From Malacoraja senta (lineage: Eukaryota), in assembly GCA_038087875.1 (NCBI GenBank), contig JAXLNO010000689.1:1-64000 (forward strand): a DNA stretch of 64,000 bases, given 5' to 3'. Positions within the stretch are counted from its first letter, which is position 1, and every line of letters starts with the position of its first letter. A program made the translations under genes and the position numbers. Below, piece by piece: positions 12,065-25,480 of this stretch. The notes below the pieces were generated by a model. It was given only the letters and a program-made list of their open reading frames with translations, did no database searches and was not told where the DNA came from.

Positions 12065-14393
12065 GCTGCTGTGACCACTGCAACACCACCATCAAGAATG
12101 CCTATCGCTCAATCCCTCGCCCTCACTTCGGTAAATCCGACCAGACCGCGGTTCTGCTTCTTACAGGACTGTTTGAGTCTGTAGACAGGGCAATGTTCAG
12201 CAACTTGGCAACGGACCTCAACGAATACGCCACAGTCGTTACAGACATCATAAAGACATGTGTGGAGAACTGCATCCCTACAAAAACCTTCCGAGTGTTT
12301 CCCAATCAGAAGCCTTGGATGAACGTTGAGATCCGCACTCTCCTGAATACCAGACACCGGGCATGCATGTCTGATGATACAGTGGTCTACAAGCAGTCCA
12401 GATACGACCTTGGTAAGGTAATCAAAAAGGCCAGAAGGGACCTCTGCTCCAAGCTGGAGGACGAGACAGATGTTCGGCAGCTGTGGCGAGGCCTGAATGC
12501 AATCACCTCCAACAAGGCGAAATCAGGAGGTAGCTCAAATGTCGGCGTAGCATCACTCCTTGACGCCCTCAATGCGTTTTACGCACGCTTTGATAGGGAG
12601 AACACTGATGTCCCTTCCCTTCGCTGTGATGGTATTTCAGCCTCAATCACAGAGGCCGACGTCAGAATATCCTTCAGAGGGGTGAACCCCCGAAAAGCGC
12701 ATGGACCTGATGGTATACCCGGTCGTCTTCTAAAAACCTGTGCGGACCAACCGGCTGGCGTTTTTACGAATATGTTCAACCTCTCACTTCTGTGGTCTGA
12801 GGTTCCCACCTGCTTTAAAAGGGCATCACATACCGGTGCGCAAGGAGAGTAGGGTGACAAAGGACAAAGGACAAAGGACATTTATTTGGTGCATGCCTGA
12901 ACGACTGTCGACCAGTGGCACTAACGTCGGTGGTGATGAAGTGCTTTGAGCGGTTGATCATGGCACAAATCAACTCCTGCCTCGACAGAAACCTGGACCA
13001 ACTGCAGTTCGCTTACCGCCACAACAGATCAACGATGGATGCGATCTGGCTGGCTCTCCACTCCTCTCTGGACCACTTGAACAACAAAAACTCATATGTC
13101 AGGCTGTTATTCATTGATTACAGCTCGGCATGTTATACATTCATCCCCTCCAAGCTGGTTGCAAAACTCGCAGAACTGGGTCTCTGCGCATCTCTCTGCA
13201 ATTGGATCCTCGACTTCCTCATTCACAGACCACAGACTGTTCAAATATGTGGAAAGATGTCAGCCTCGATAACAATCAGCACGGGAGCACCTCAAGGCTG
13301 CGTGCTCAGCCCCCAGCTGTACTCACTCTATTCATGACTGCGTAGCTGGTCATAGTGCGAACTCCATCATCAAGTTTGCTGACGACACCACTGCTGTGGG
13401 ACGTATCACTGATGGGGATGAGTCAGAGTATAGAAGAGAGATCGAGCGACTGTCCATATGGTGCCAGCATAATAACCTGGCTCTCAACACCAGCAAATTC
13501 AAGGAACTGATTGTGGACTTTGGAAGAGGTAGGATGGGGACCCACAGTCCCGTTTATATCAAAGGGTCGATGGTGGAAAGGGTCAAGAGCTTCAAATTCC
13601 TGGGCATGCACATCTCTGAAGATCGTTCCTGGTCCGAAAACACTGAGGCAATCATAAAGAAAGCACATCAGCGCCTCTACTTCCTGAGAAGATTACGGAG
13701 AGTCGGTATGTCAAGGAGGACTCTCAATAACTTCTACATGTGCAAAGTAGAGAGCATGCTGACCGGTTGCATCGTGGCTTGTTTCGGCAACTTGGGCGCC
13801 CCGGAGCGGAAAAGACTACAAGAAGTAGTAAACACTGCCCTGTCCATCATCGGCTCTGACTCTGATCAGTCTGAAGAAGGGTTTCGGCCAGAAACGTTGC
13901 CTATTTCCGTCGCTTCATGGATGCTGCTGCACCCGCTGAGTTTCTCCAGCATTTTTGTCTACAATCGGCTCTGACCTCCCTACCATCGACGGAATCTATC
14001 GCAGTCGCTACCTCAAAAAGGCTGGCAGCATCATCAAGGACCCACACCATCCTGGCCACACATTCATCTCCCCGCTACCTTCAGGTAGAAGGTACAGGAG
14101 CTAGAAAACTGCAACGTCCAGGTTCAGAAACAGCCACTTCCCCACAGCCATCAGGCTCTTACACTCAACTCAAACAAAACTCCGAACATTAATAGCCCAT
14201 TATCAGTTTATTTGGACTTTACCTGTTGTATTTATTCATGTGTATATATATTTATATAATGGTATATGGACACGCTGATCTGTTCTGTATTTATTTATGC
14301 CTTCTATATTATGTTGTGCTGAAGCAAAGAAAGAATTTCATTGTCCTATCTGGGACACATGACAATAAACTCTCTTGAATCTTGAAGCTTGAA
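12065..14393 (+). mobile_element. Rex1/Babar-type LINE, 5'-truncated, degenerate
   Basis: [58 protein letters not shown], then AATAAA and a (CTTGAAT)n-like tail. Confidence 0.9.
13861..13963 (+). mobile_element. 103-bp Penelope terminal-repeat-derived insertion with hammerhead-like core
   Basis: Flanked by a 12-bp direct repeat ATCGGCTCTGAC (13849-13860 and 13964-13975). Contains CTGAAGA-A-GGGTTTCGGCCA-GAAACGTT. Confidence 0.75.
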
Positions 14394-15155
14394 CATGTTC
14401 TTCGTGTTGTATGTGAAGGAGGTGTCATGCGCCTTCTTCCCCATGCCATCATATAATTATGTACAACCCCAAAGGTATATCTGCTCTCGGCAAAAATATT
14501 CACTCTCTTCAGGGCCTTCGTCAAGGCTGCACCATGCGCTGATCTTGTACTAGGAATCTCCCCTTTCAACGCTTTTCCTTCTGTATCTATCACTACCAAT
14601 GCTGTTCGGTGGGTACCAATGTAATATTTCCTTGTTCCATCCAGATAATAGTTTGTACATCTGACCCCTCCAAAGGTACTTATACAATCCTTTCATTTTC
14701 TTCCACTGCTACGTCTTCTATGAATTCATGCTATTTTTCTTCCTTCACCATCTTTGTCGCTGGATTCACCACATTGTCTTTGAGTGTCTGTATGTGCTTG
14801 TCCACTGATAATAATATACTGTCTCGTTTCACTCGTCGATTATCTGATAGTGATTTTAACTTTCCTTCCTCTAAACGTAGCACTATTTTCCATCAATGTG
14901 ATAGGCTCTGAGACGTCAACTGCCCATGTTGCACATGTGTACAGTCAAGTGCTTGAGCACACCAGTGCAGCGCAGATAACAATGGGCTTTGCTTAAATGA
15001 ATAGTAAGCCACAGGCCTCATACTGTCACCACGTTCTGTGTGACCACAGCTGCGTTTATACCCTCTTTCATTATCACAGTGCAGGTGAAAATGCTTTAAA
15101 TATGGCAATCCCAATGCTGAGGTGGATGTCAGGGCATCCTTGATATTTGCCAATG
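14394..15155 (-). mobile_element. Endogenous-retrovirus-like pol fragment (tether plus RNase H)
   Basis: IKDALTSTSALGLP..FHLH..RPVAYYS, followed by YYLDGT..SAHGAALTKALKRVNIFAESRYTFGVVH..W.RR. Confidence 0.7.
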
Positions 15156-15299
15156 CTCAGATTTATCGGAAACAGTTTGGGCTTGCTACATTGCTTCCCG
15201 ATGCACATTGATAAGGACTTTTAATAAACCGACGTTAGATGGACTCACCGCTAATCTACCAGATGTTGCAACATTCCATCCTCCAGGGCACATTGAATA

Positions 15300-15752
15300 C
15301 TGACGAGGATGTTGCCAGGACTAGAAGGTCTGAGTTATAGGGAGAGGTTGAGTAGACTGGAACTCTATTCCTTGGATCGCAAGAGGATGAGGGGTGATCT
15401 TATATATGAGGATAAGACCATTAGAAAAATAGATCAGGTAGATGTCCAGAGCCTCCTGCCCAGAAAAGGCGAATCGAAGACCAGAGGACATGGGTTTAAG
15501 GTGATGAGAAAAATATTCAGCAGGAATCTGAGGGGTATCTTTTTCACACAGAGAGTGGTGGGTGCATGCTAGAAGCTACCGGGGACCAACCATTAAGGAA
15601 CAATTAGATCGGTCAATGAATAGGGTAGATTTGGAGGGGTATGGTCTAAACGCGGAAGGTGGGACTAGTGTAGGTGGGACATTGGCCGGTGTGGGAAAGT
15701 TGGGCGGAAGGGCTTATTTCTGCGCTGTATCACTCAATGGCTCTGTGACTTA
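15300..15752 (+). mobile_element. CR1 3' fragment
   Basis: MLPGLEGLSYRERL..TRGHGFKV..FFTQRVVG. Confidence 0.8.
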
Positions 15753-15925
15753 GACTCCAATCGTTTCATTCGGCCAAAATGCCCCTTCAAAACAAGCCCC
15801 ATTCGTCAGCTGATGGAGGGACAGTCGTGTCAGGCGCAAAGGCAGACAACTCGGGGACCATGCGTAATCCAGCACCCTGTGCTGATGTGTGTAGTGGAGA
15901 GGCAAGCAAGAGTCAGCTATGTCTG

Positions 15926-17165
15926 ACGGGTCCTTTTCAGAATGGCAGGCAGTGACTAGTGGGTTACCGCAAGGCTCAGTGCTGGGACCCCAGATATTTA
16001 CAATAATAATAATAATAATAATGGATTTTATTTACGGGCGCCTTATACCGAGGTCTCAAGGACACCATACAGAGATTTATAGAAAACATATAATCAGAAT
16101 TTTAAAAAAAAAAGGTTATAAAGACCAATACATAAATCAGGGACAGAATTCCTTCCAAAAACACAAAAAAAGAAAATCAGAAGCACAATTTGAGGAGAGA
16201 GCAGCGGCAATTTAACGCCAGCGTCCACTCTCCCCTCCGACCGCCATCTTGAACACAGACTAACAAATACAATTACAAACAATTACATACAAAAATCATC
16301 CCCCCACAATGATTTCCACTGTGGGGGAAGGCACAATGTCCAGTCCCCAGCCCCAGTTCACCCCAAAAAGTCAGGCCAAATGAAGCCCCCGCTATTGCCT
16401 CTACGAAGGCCCGATTATCCTGGCCGTTCTCGCCGGGTGATGTAGCCCCGGCGTCGGGAGAGTCCTCCAGCAGCTGGGCCACCTGGAACGGCCGCATCCC
16501 TCACCGGAGGCCGTAACTACGGCTGGAACGGCCGATTTCCCGCAGGCGTCCGCAGCACCTGAAGCCGACAAGGCCGCGCCGAATTGGAGCTCAAGGCTCC
16601 CGGTGTTGGAGTCGGCGCCGCCGCCCGCGAATGGTCGCTCCAGTCCCGGAGGTGTTGAGCTCGGCGGTCCAGCTCACCGGAGCTCCAGCGCGTCGGTCCA
16701 GCGCGGCGACCCAGGCAAGGCATCGCCCGCTCCGCTGCACAGAAGCGCTCCAGCGCCGTGCCGCCACCGAAGCTGAGGGTGCTGTGCGGTTCCCGCCAGG
16801 AAACGCCGCTCCACGCCGCTCCACACCCGCTGGTAGGCCGCGAGGACGGGTCGAATGGGCAGCCGGAGAGAAGGCTGCCTCACCGACCAGGTAGGGACCA
16901 GGAAGGGACAATACATATTAATGATTTGGACGAGGGAATTGAATGCAACATCTCCAAGTTTGCGGATGACACTAAGCTGGGGGGCAGTGTTAGCTGTGAG
17001 GAGGATGCTAGGAGGCTGCAAGGTGACATGGATAGGCTGGGTGAGTGGGCAAATGCATGGCAGATGCAGTATAATGTGGATAAATGTGAGGTTATCCACT
17101 TTGGTGGCAAAAACAGGAAAACATACTACTATCTAAATGGTTGCCGATTAGGAAAAGGGGAGATG
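15926..17165 (+). mobile_element. Internal CR1 RT fragment without tail, split by a GC-rich retro-insertion
   Basis: 15926-16005 plus 16914-17165 match 18394-18725. Flanked by the 11-bp repeat ATGTCTGACGG. Confidence 0.85.
16006..16907 (-). mobile_element. GC-rich non-autonomous retroelement with (TTA)n tail
   Basis: Target duplication ACAATA (16000-16005 and 16908-16913). Homologous to 39121-39910. Confidence 0.8.
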
Positions 17166-17400
17166 TCTGACGGAGAGGCAGAGGTTTGTGGAAAAGATGC
17201 AGATGTCTCTGGGGGATGGGTTGACGTGTCGGGCGAAGGAACATACGTGTCCGGAAGCGGGGGTTGCGTGTCTGGCTGGAGAGAAGGAGCGTCTCGTTGA
17301 GGGGAAGACGTGTTTGCCGGAAGGGAGGACATGCCACGCGGAGGGGACGTGTCTGGCAGATGGGAAACAGGTAAAATGTTGGACGGCATATTCAACGTTG
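17163..17400 (-). repeat. Degenerate ~21-bp tandem repeat encoding Pro/Ser/Thr-rich heptads
   Basis: Minus-strand frame reads ...LPDTSPP..QPDTQPP.LPDTYVP.SPDTSTH.PPETSAS.FPQTSAS. Confidence 0.55.
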
Positions 17401-17656
17401 CTGCAGGCCCCCGCAACGTCCAGACCTAAGTGGCCCTCTGCGATCTGCAGTCTCCTTCCTGGACTCCACTCCACTCGCTATCCCCAACCGCGTCGCTCCA
17501 TGACGGAAGCCACAGTGAGTGCAGGGCATCACCTCGAGTGACGAGACGGTGTTTCAGACTATCCCGTGATAGGGTGTCATGGGGGTACGGTAACATTCTC
17601 GATGGGTGCAGGATTGGGACTTTGGATTTAGCTACTGCTGAGTCCTGCAGTGTATC

Positions 17657-18340
17657 ATAGATACATAGATACATAGAAAATAGGTGCAGGAGTAGGCCAT
17701 TCGGCCCTTCGAGCCTGCACCGCCATTCAATATGATCATGGCTGATCATCCAACTCAGTAACCCGTACCTGCCTTCTCTCCATACCCCCTGATCCCCTTA
17801 GCCACAAGGGCCACATCTAACTCCCTCTTAAATATAGCCAATGAACTGGCCTCAACTACCCTCTGTGGCAGAGGGTTCCAGAGATTCACCACTCTCTGTG
17901 TGAAAAGGTTTTTCCTCATCTCGGTCTTAAAGGATTTCCCCCTTATCCTTAAGCTGTGACCCCTTGTCCTGGACTTCCCCAACATCGGGAACAATCTTCC
18001 TGCATCTAGCCTGTCCAACCCCATAAGAATTTTGTACGTTTCTATAAGATCCCCTCTCAAACTCCTAAATTCTAGCGAGTATAAGCCAAGTCTATCCAGT
18101 CTTTCTTCATATGAAAGTCCTGACATCCCAGGAATCAGTCTGGTGAACCTTCTCTGCACTCCGTCTATGGCTATAATGTCCTTCCTCAGATTTGGAGACC
18201 AAAACTGTACGCAATACTCCAGGTGTGGTCTCACCAAGACCCTGTACAACTGCAGTAGAACCTCCCTGCTCCTATACTCAAATCCTCTTGCTATGAAAGC
18301 CAACATACCACTCGCTTTCTTCACTGCCCGCTGCACCTGT
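17657..18340 (-). mobile_element. CR1 LINE 3' portion
   Basis: ORF 17755-18369 is the CR1 C-terminus, with an (ATAGATAC)n tail at 17657. Confidence 0.92.
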
Positions 18341-19458
18341 ATTGATGTGGATAGAGAACTGGCTGGCAAACAGGAAGCAAAGAGCAGGAGTAAACGGGTC
18401 CTTTTCAGAATGGCAGGCAGTGACTAGTGGGTTACCGCAAGGCTCAGTGCTGGGACCCCAGATATTTACAATGCATATTAATGATTTGGACGAGGGAATT
18501 GAATGCAACATCTCCAAGTTTGCGGATGACACTAAGCTGGGGGGCAGTGTTAGCTGTGAGGAGGATGCTAGGAGGCTGCAAGGTGACTTGGATAGGCTGG
18601 GTGAGTGGGCAAATGCATGGCAGATGCAGTATAATGTGGATAAATGTGAGGTTATCCACTTTGGTGGCAAAAACAGGAAAACATACTACTATCTAAATGG
18701 TGGCCGATTAGGAAAAGGGGAGATGCAACGAGACCTGGGTGTCATGGTACACCAGTCATTGAAAGTAGGCATGCAGGTGCAGCAGGTAGTGAAGAAAGCG
18801 AATGGTATGTTAGCATTCATAGCAAAAGGATTTGAGTATAGGAGCAGGGAGATTCTATTGCAGTTGTACAGGGTCTTGGTGAGACCACACCTGGAGTATT
18901 GCGTACAGTTTTGGTCTCCATATCTGAGGAAGGACATTATTGCCATAGAGGGAGTGCAGAGAAGGTTCACCAGACTGATTCCTGGGATGTCAGGACTTTC
19001 ATATGAAGAAAGACTGGATAGACTTGGCTTATACTCGCTAGAGTTTAGGAGATTGAGGGGGGGATCTTATAGAAACTTACAAAATTCTTAAGCGGTTGGA
19101 CAGGTTAGATGCAGGAAGATGGTTCCCAATGTTGGGCAATTCCAGGACAAGGGGTCACAGTTTAAGGATTGAGGGGAAATCCTTTAGGACCGAGATGAGA
19201 AAAACTTTTTTCACACAGAGAGTGGTGAATCTCTGGAACTCTCTGCCACAGAAGGTAGTTGAGGCCAGTTCATTGGCTATATTTAAGAGGGAATTAGATG
19301 TGGCCCTTGTGGCTAAAGGGATGAGGGGATATGGAGAGAAGGCAAGTACGGGATACTGAGTTGGATGATCAGCCATGATCATATTGAATGGTGGTGCAGG
19401 CTCGAAGGGCCGAATGGCATACTCCTGCACCTATTTTCTATGTTTCTATGTTTCTATG
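18341..19458 (+). mobile_element. CR1 LINE 3' portion (RT)
   Basis: ORFs 18342-19091 and 19096-19359, one frameshift in a G-run, (TTTCTATG)n tail. Confidence 0.92.
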
Positions 19459-19567
19459 AGGACAGTGAGTGAATTGGCGAAAAATCGTGGAGCTATCTCG
19501 AACTGTTTTTGCGCAAATAGAATGCGCGCACAAACCGAAGATAACAAGATCAGAGTTTTAGTTATGT

Positions 19568-21343
<1,776 letters not shown>

Positions 21344-21429
21344 CTGCATTCTGCACTGCGGCATTGATTTATTTGCAATGCCTCGTGAACAGGCCTTTCA
21401 GTTCATAACATCTATGCCGAACATGATAG

Positions 21430-23040
21430 AGTCATAGAGTGATGCAGCGTTTAAACAGTCCATTTGGCCCATTGCCCACACCGGCCAACATGTCCCAGCT
21501 ACAACAGTGCCACCTGCCTGCATTTGGTCCATATCCCTCCAAACCTGTCCAATCCGTGTACCTTTCTAACGATTTCATGAACGCTGGGATAGTCCCAGCC
21601 TCCACTACATCATCTGGAAGATAGTTCCATGCACCCACCACCATTTGTTTAGTTTAGTTTAGAGATAGATCGCGGAAACAGGCTCTTCGGCCCACCGAGT
21701 CCGCACCGACCAGCGATTCCCGCATACTAACGCGACCCAACACACAATAGAGACAATGTTACATTTATACCAAGCCAATTAACCTGCAAACCTATACGTC
21801 TTTGCAGTGTGGGAGGAAACCGATGATCTCGGTGAAAACCCACGCAGGTCACGGGAGAACCGACAAACTCTGTACAGACAGCACCCGTAGTCGGGATCGA
21901 GCCCGTGTCTCTTGCGCGGTAAGCGCTGCAAGTCAGCAACTCTATCGCTGTGCCAACGTGCGAATGAAAAGGTTACCCATCAGATTCCTATTTAATCTTT
22001 TCCTCTCTACAAATCTGTGTCGTCTGGTCCTCGATTCATCCGCACTGGGCAAGAGACTGTGCATCTATCCGATCTATTCCTCTAATGATATTACACACCT
22101 CTATAAGATCAACCCTCATCCTCCTGCGCTCCAAGGAATAGATTTCCAGCGTACTCAACCTCTCCATATTGAACGAATCCTCTAGTCACTGGCAACATCC
22201 TCGTAAATATTATCTGTAACCTTTTCACCTTAACAACATATTTGCTATAACATGGTGCCCAGATCTTAACACAATACACTAAATGCGATCTCGTCATCTT
22301 CTAAAACAACTGCAAAATGACCTCCCAACTTCTATACTAAATAGTCTGAGTGATGATGGCCAATGTGCTAAATGCCTTCTTGACCACCTTATCTACAGTA
22401 CCTGCGACTCGAACTTCAAGGAACCATGCATCTGCACTACTAGATCGCTCTTCTCGACAACACTCCCCAGAGCCCACCATTCACTGTGTGGGTCGTGCCC
22501 ATGTGAGCCTTCCCAAAATCCAACACCACACATATTAAATTCCATCAACCATTCCTATGCTCACCTGACAAATCGATCAAGATACTGATGCCATTTTTTA
22601 CAACCGTCTTCACCATCAGCAAAATCATCCACTTTTTTTATCATCAGCAATTTTGCCATGTATGTTGTCGTCAAAATCATTGATGTAGATGACAAACAGT
22701 AACGGGCTCAGCACCGAACCCTGAGGCACACCACCAGTCAGAGGCCACCAGCCCGATAAGCAACCTTCCACCATCGACCACTGCTTCTTTCCGTGAAACG
22801 AATTTGCTATACATTCAGCTATCTCTCTTTGGATCACATGCGATCTAACCTACCATGCGGAACCTTGTCGAATGCCTCACTGAAATCCATATATACAACA
22901 TCGACAGGTCACTTCTCAACGACTTTTTGGTCACATCTGCAAAAATCTCAATCAGACTTGTGGGGCACGACCGTCCACGTACAAAACCATGCTGACTATC
23001 CCTAATCAGCCCATGCTTATCCTAGTGCCTGTATATCCAA
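21430..23040 (-). mobile_element. Degenerate CR1 LINE interrupted by a SINE
   Basis: GVPQGSVLSPLLFVIYIND..IADD, HLVYCVKIWAP and AWNYLPDDVVEAG fragments. Confidence 0.75.
21646..21962 (-). mobile_element. tRNA-derived V-SINE (HE1-like)
   Basis: tRNA-like head with a B-box-like GGCTCGATCCC, V-domain-like GTACAGAGTTTGT..GTTCTCCCGTGAC and a (CTAAA)n tail. Confidence 0.8.
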
Positions 23041-24093
23041 ATACATGTGGAAAAGGTTGCTTATCAGGCTGGTGGCCTGCGACTAGTAGTGTGCCTCAGG
23101 GTTCGTTGCTGAGCCCGTTACTGTTTGTCATCTACCCCGCTGACTCTGCCATATCCTTATTTCCTGTTCAATTTACCAGTCCTATTGTTCCCTTTAAATT
23201 CCCTTTATTGCCTGAGATTACCTTTATTGTGTCGTGCCTCTCAGCGTCACTGCCTTATCAATATTTGCAGTGATCATCCTAATGACATCTTAATGGCAGG
23301 ACGCAATAAAGTGACAGAGCAAAATATATTCATTAATAAGCCGTCAATATGCAAGAGTAACTTGGAGAACGGAGGAAAAGCTGAAAACGACTCATGAACG
23401 TACATTGCCCAGTGAAATATCCAGCAGCAAACCGCATATTTATGCACCATTAAAGTAACTTTCTGCCACATTTCTATGTGCTGCAATTAGTGTTACAATT
23501 GATAGGTGACCGAGAATCAACAAACCGACGCAAAACCTAAGCACAGTGCTGAACTACTATCTACCTCTTTGATCACCCAGCTTTCCCCCTTGGTCGGACT
23601 TTGCTGGCTTTACCTTCCACTAAGCGTTATTTATTTATTATGTAGTCCCTTATCACTGTGAATGGATCGATTATAATCATGGGCTCTCTTTCTGCTGACT
23701 GGTTAGCACGTAACAAAATATTTTCACTGTATCTCGGTACACGTGACAAAATACTAAACTAACCTAAACTAAACTCAACTAATATAAGCACATTTTTGAA
23801 AACAGTTTAACCTTCATGACATTACACTGAATTTTCAACCCCCTGCGTTGGAAACCTCTCATGACAGCATTACAACTAATTGCATGTAATATCCTCGATG
23901 AGCTAAACATATAACACATGCACAATGAGTAAAACTCGTTTTTGGTAAGTGTTTGTTCAATGGGCTGTGTCTAACGTGACTCTGGGGGTATTAATTAGCT
24001 CAGTGGACGTTGCGTGGTGTATAAGTACACGGGGATCTGCTGCATGTCGCTATTAGGAACGCTTCGTACGATGATCGCTGCTTCAGGTAGAAA

Positions 24094-24163
24094 ATGGAGT
24101 ATCCAGCGATTTTCCTCGTTGCAACAAATTACTATCCTGTACTTGCAGCGATCGGCATTCCTG
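24094..24163 (+). CDS. GPR139/GPR142-like class A GPCR, copy 1, exon 1
   Basis: AAAATGG start context. Encodes MEYPAIFLVATNYYPVLAAIGIP+G, then a GTAAG donor (phase 1). Conserved in three units. Confidence 0.88.
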
Positions 24164-24213
24164 GTAAGGTACTAGAACTGACTCGGCGACAGTTTCAAGG
24201 AACAGTTAGGTAA

Positions 24214-24539
24214 GGCGGCACGGTGGCCCAGCGATAGAGTTGCTGTCTTACAGCTCTTTCTGCACTTTCAGCGCCAGAGACCCAGGTTCGATCCTTAATA
24301 CTGGTGCTGTCTGTTCGGCGTTTGTACGTTCTCCTCGTGAACTGCGTGGGTTTCTCCAAGAACATCGGTGTCCCCCCTCGCTCCAAAGACGTACGGGATT
24401 GTAGGCTTATTGGCTTGGTAAATATGTAAACAATGGCCCTAATATGTGTTGGATAGTGCTAATGTGCGGGGATCGCTGGTCGGTGCGGACTCGTTGGGCA
24501 TGTTTCAGCGCTGTATCTCTAAACTAAACTAAACTGAAC
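24214..24539 (+). mobile_element. V-SINE (HE1-like) in GPCR intron 1; paralogous copies at 38870-39990 and 62339-62667
   Basis: GGCGGCACGGTGGCCCAGCG A-box, GGTTCGATCC B-box, (CTAAA)n tail. Confidence 0.85.
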
Positions 24540-25271
24540 GTACACTTGGTTCGCCAACGCCTATTTGTTCTGATGGTTGCTAAGCATTTTAAATCGCCTT
24601 TCATTCACATATTGACCTTCTGACCTGCACCTTTGTCAGAGAGCGGCGGCACACAAACCGAATGACAACTCCTCATAATCCGTTTGATTAGCGTACAAAC
24701 TGATTGATTGCTTTCTCCAATATTAGGCATCTAACCCACATCCACACCCTCCCCTATCTCCCACTCACTTCTATGTTCTACCACCGGTCCTCGCACCCAA
24801 TTCTATCAAAAACCTCCCCTTTCATCGTCATTTCTTCCTCTGTCTTCACAATGCACATCCTTTGACATTGTCTTTTGACATCTGCGAATTTTAGTTTAGT
24901 TCAGTTTTGAGATATAGCGCGAAAACAGGTCCTTCGGCCCACCCATTCCGCCCATTGATCCCCACACCGTAACAATATCCAACACAGATTAGATACAATT
25001 TAAACTTATACAAAATCAATTAACCTACATGTACGTTTTTATAGTGTGGAATGCAACCGGAGCACCCACACAGTTCAAGGGGAGAAGGTACAAACTCCAT
25101 GCAGACAGTATCCGTAGGCCGGATCAAATCCGGGTCTCTGGCAGCAACTCCACCATGATGAACCATCTGCTCAACTGTATCCACCTATAATTCGCCAGGC
25201 TTTGCTATGTCGCTCATTTTTTATAGGTTTCCCCAACCACCACAACCAATCTGAAGAAGGGACCCGAGCCG

Positions 25272-25480
25272 CTGCTGACCCTCTGAGTTACCCCAGCACT
25301 TTGTATCTATCCGTGTTCTCCAGAGATGTTGCTTGACAAGCTGAGTTACAACACACTTTGTTCGGATCCATGTTCGGCAGATACGCTGCCTGATCCGCTG
25401 AGTTACTCCCCCACTTTGTACCTATCGTGTATTCCAGAGATGTTGCCTGACCAACTGAATTTATCCTGTGCGTTGTGCAT
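25272..25480 (+). repeat. ~57-bp minisatellite derived from a Penelope terminal repeat; paralogs at 40767-41080 and 63446-63645
   Basis: Repeated GCYTGACCCGCTGAGTTACTCCAGCACTTTGTATCTATCCGTGTTCTCCAGAGATGTT. Confidence 0.8.

Noticed and set aside
12859..12890. (GACAAAG)3 insert in Rex1
   Set aside because: Probably just the extreme tail of a severely truncated retro-insertion; too short to classify.
16273..17300. Overlapping Arg/Ala/Pro-rich ORFs (also near 39.2-39.8, 42.4-43.0 and 60.0-60.7 kb)
   Set aside because: Stop-poor GC-rich repeat sequence; frames are not conserved between homologous copies.
24214..24300. tRNA gene
   Set aside because: It is the tRNA-derived head of a V-SINE and continues into SINE body and tail.
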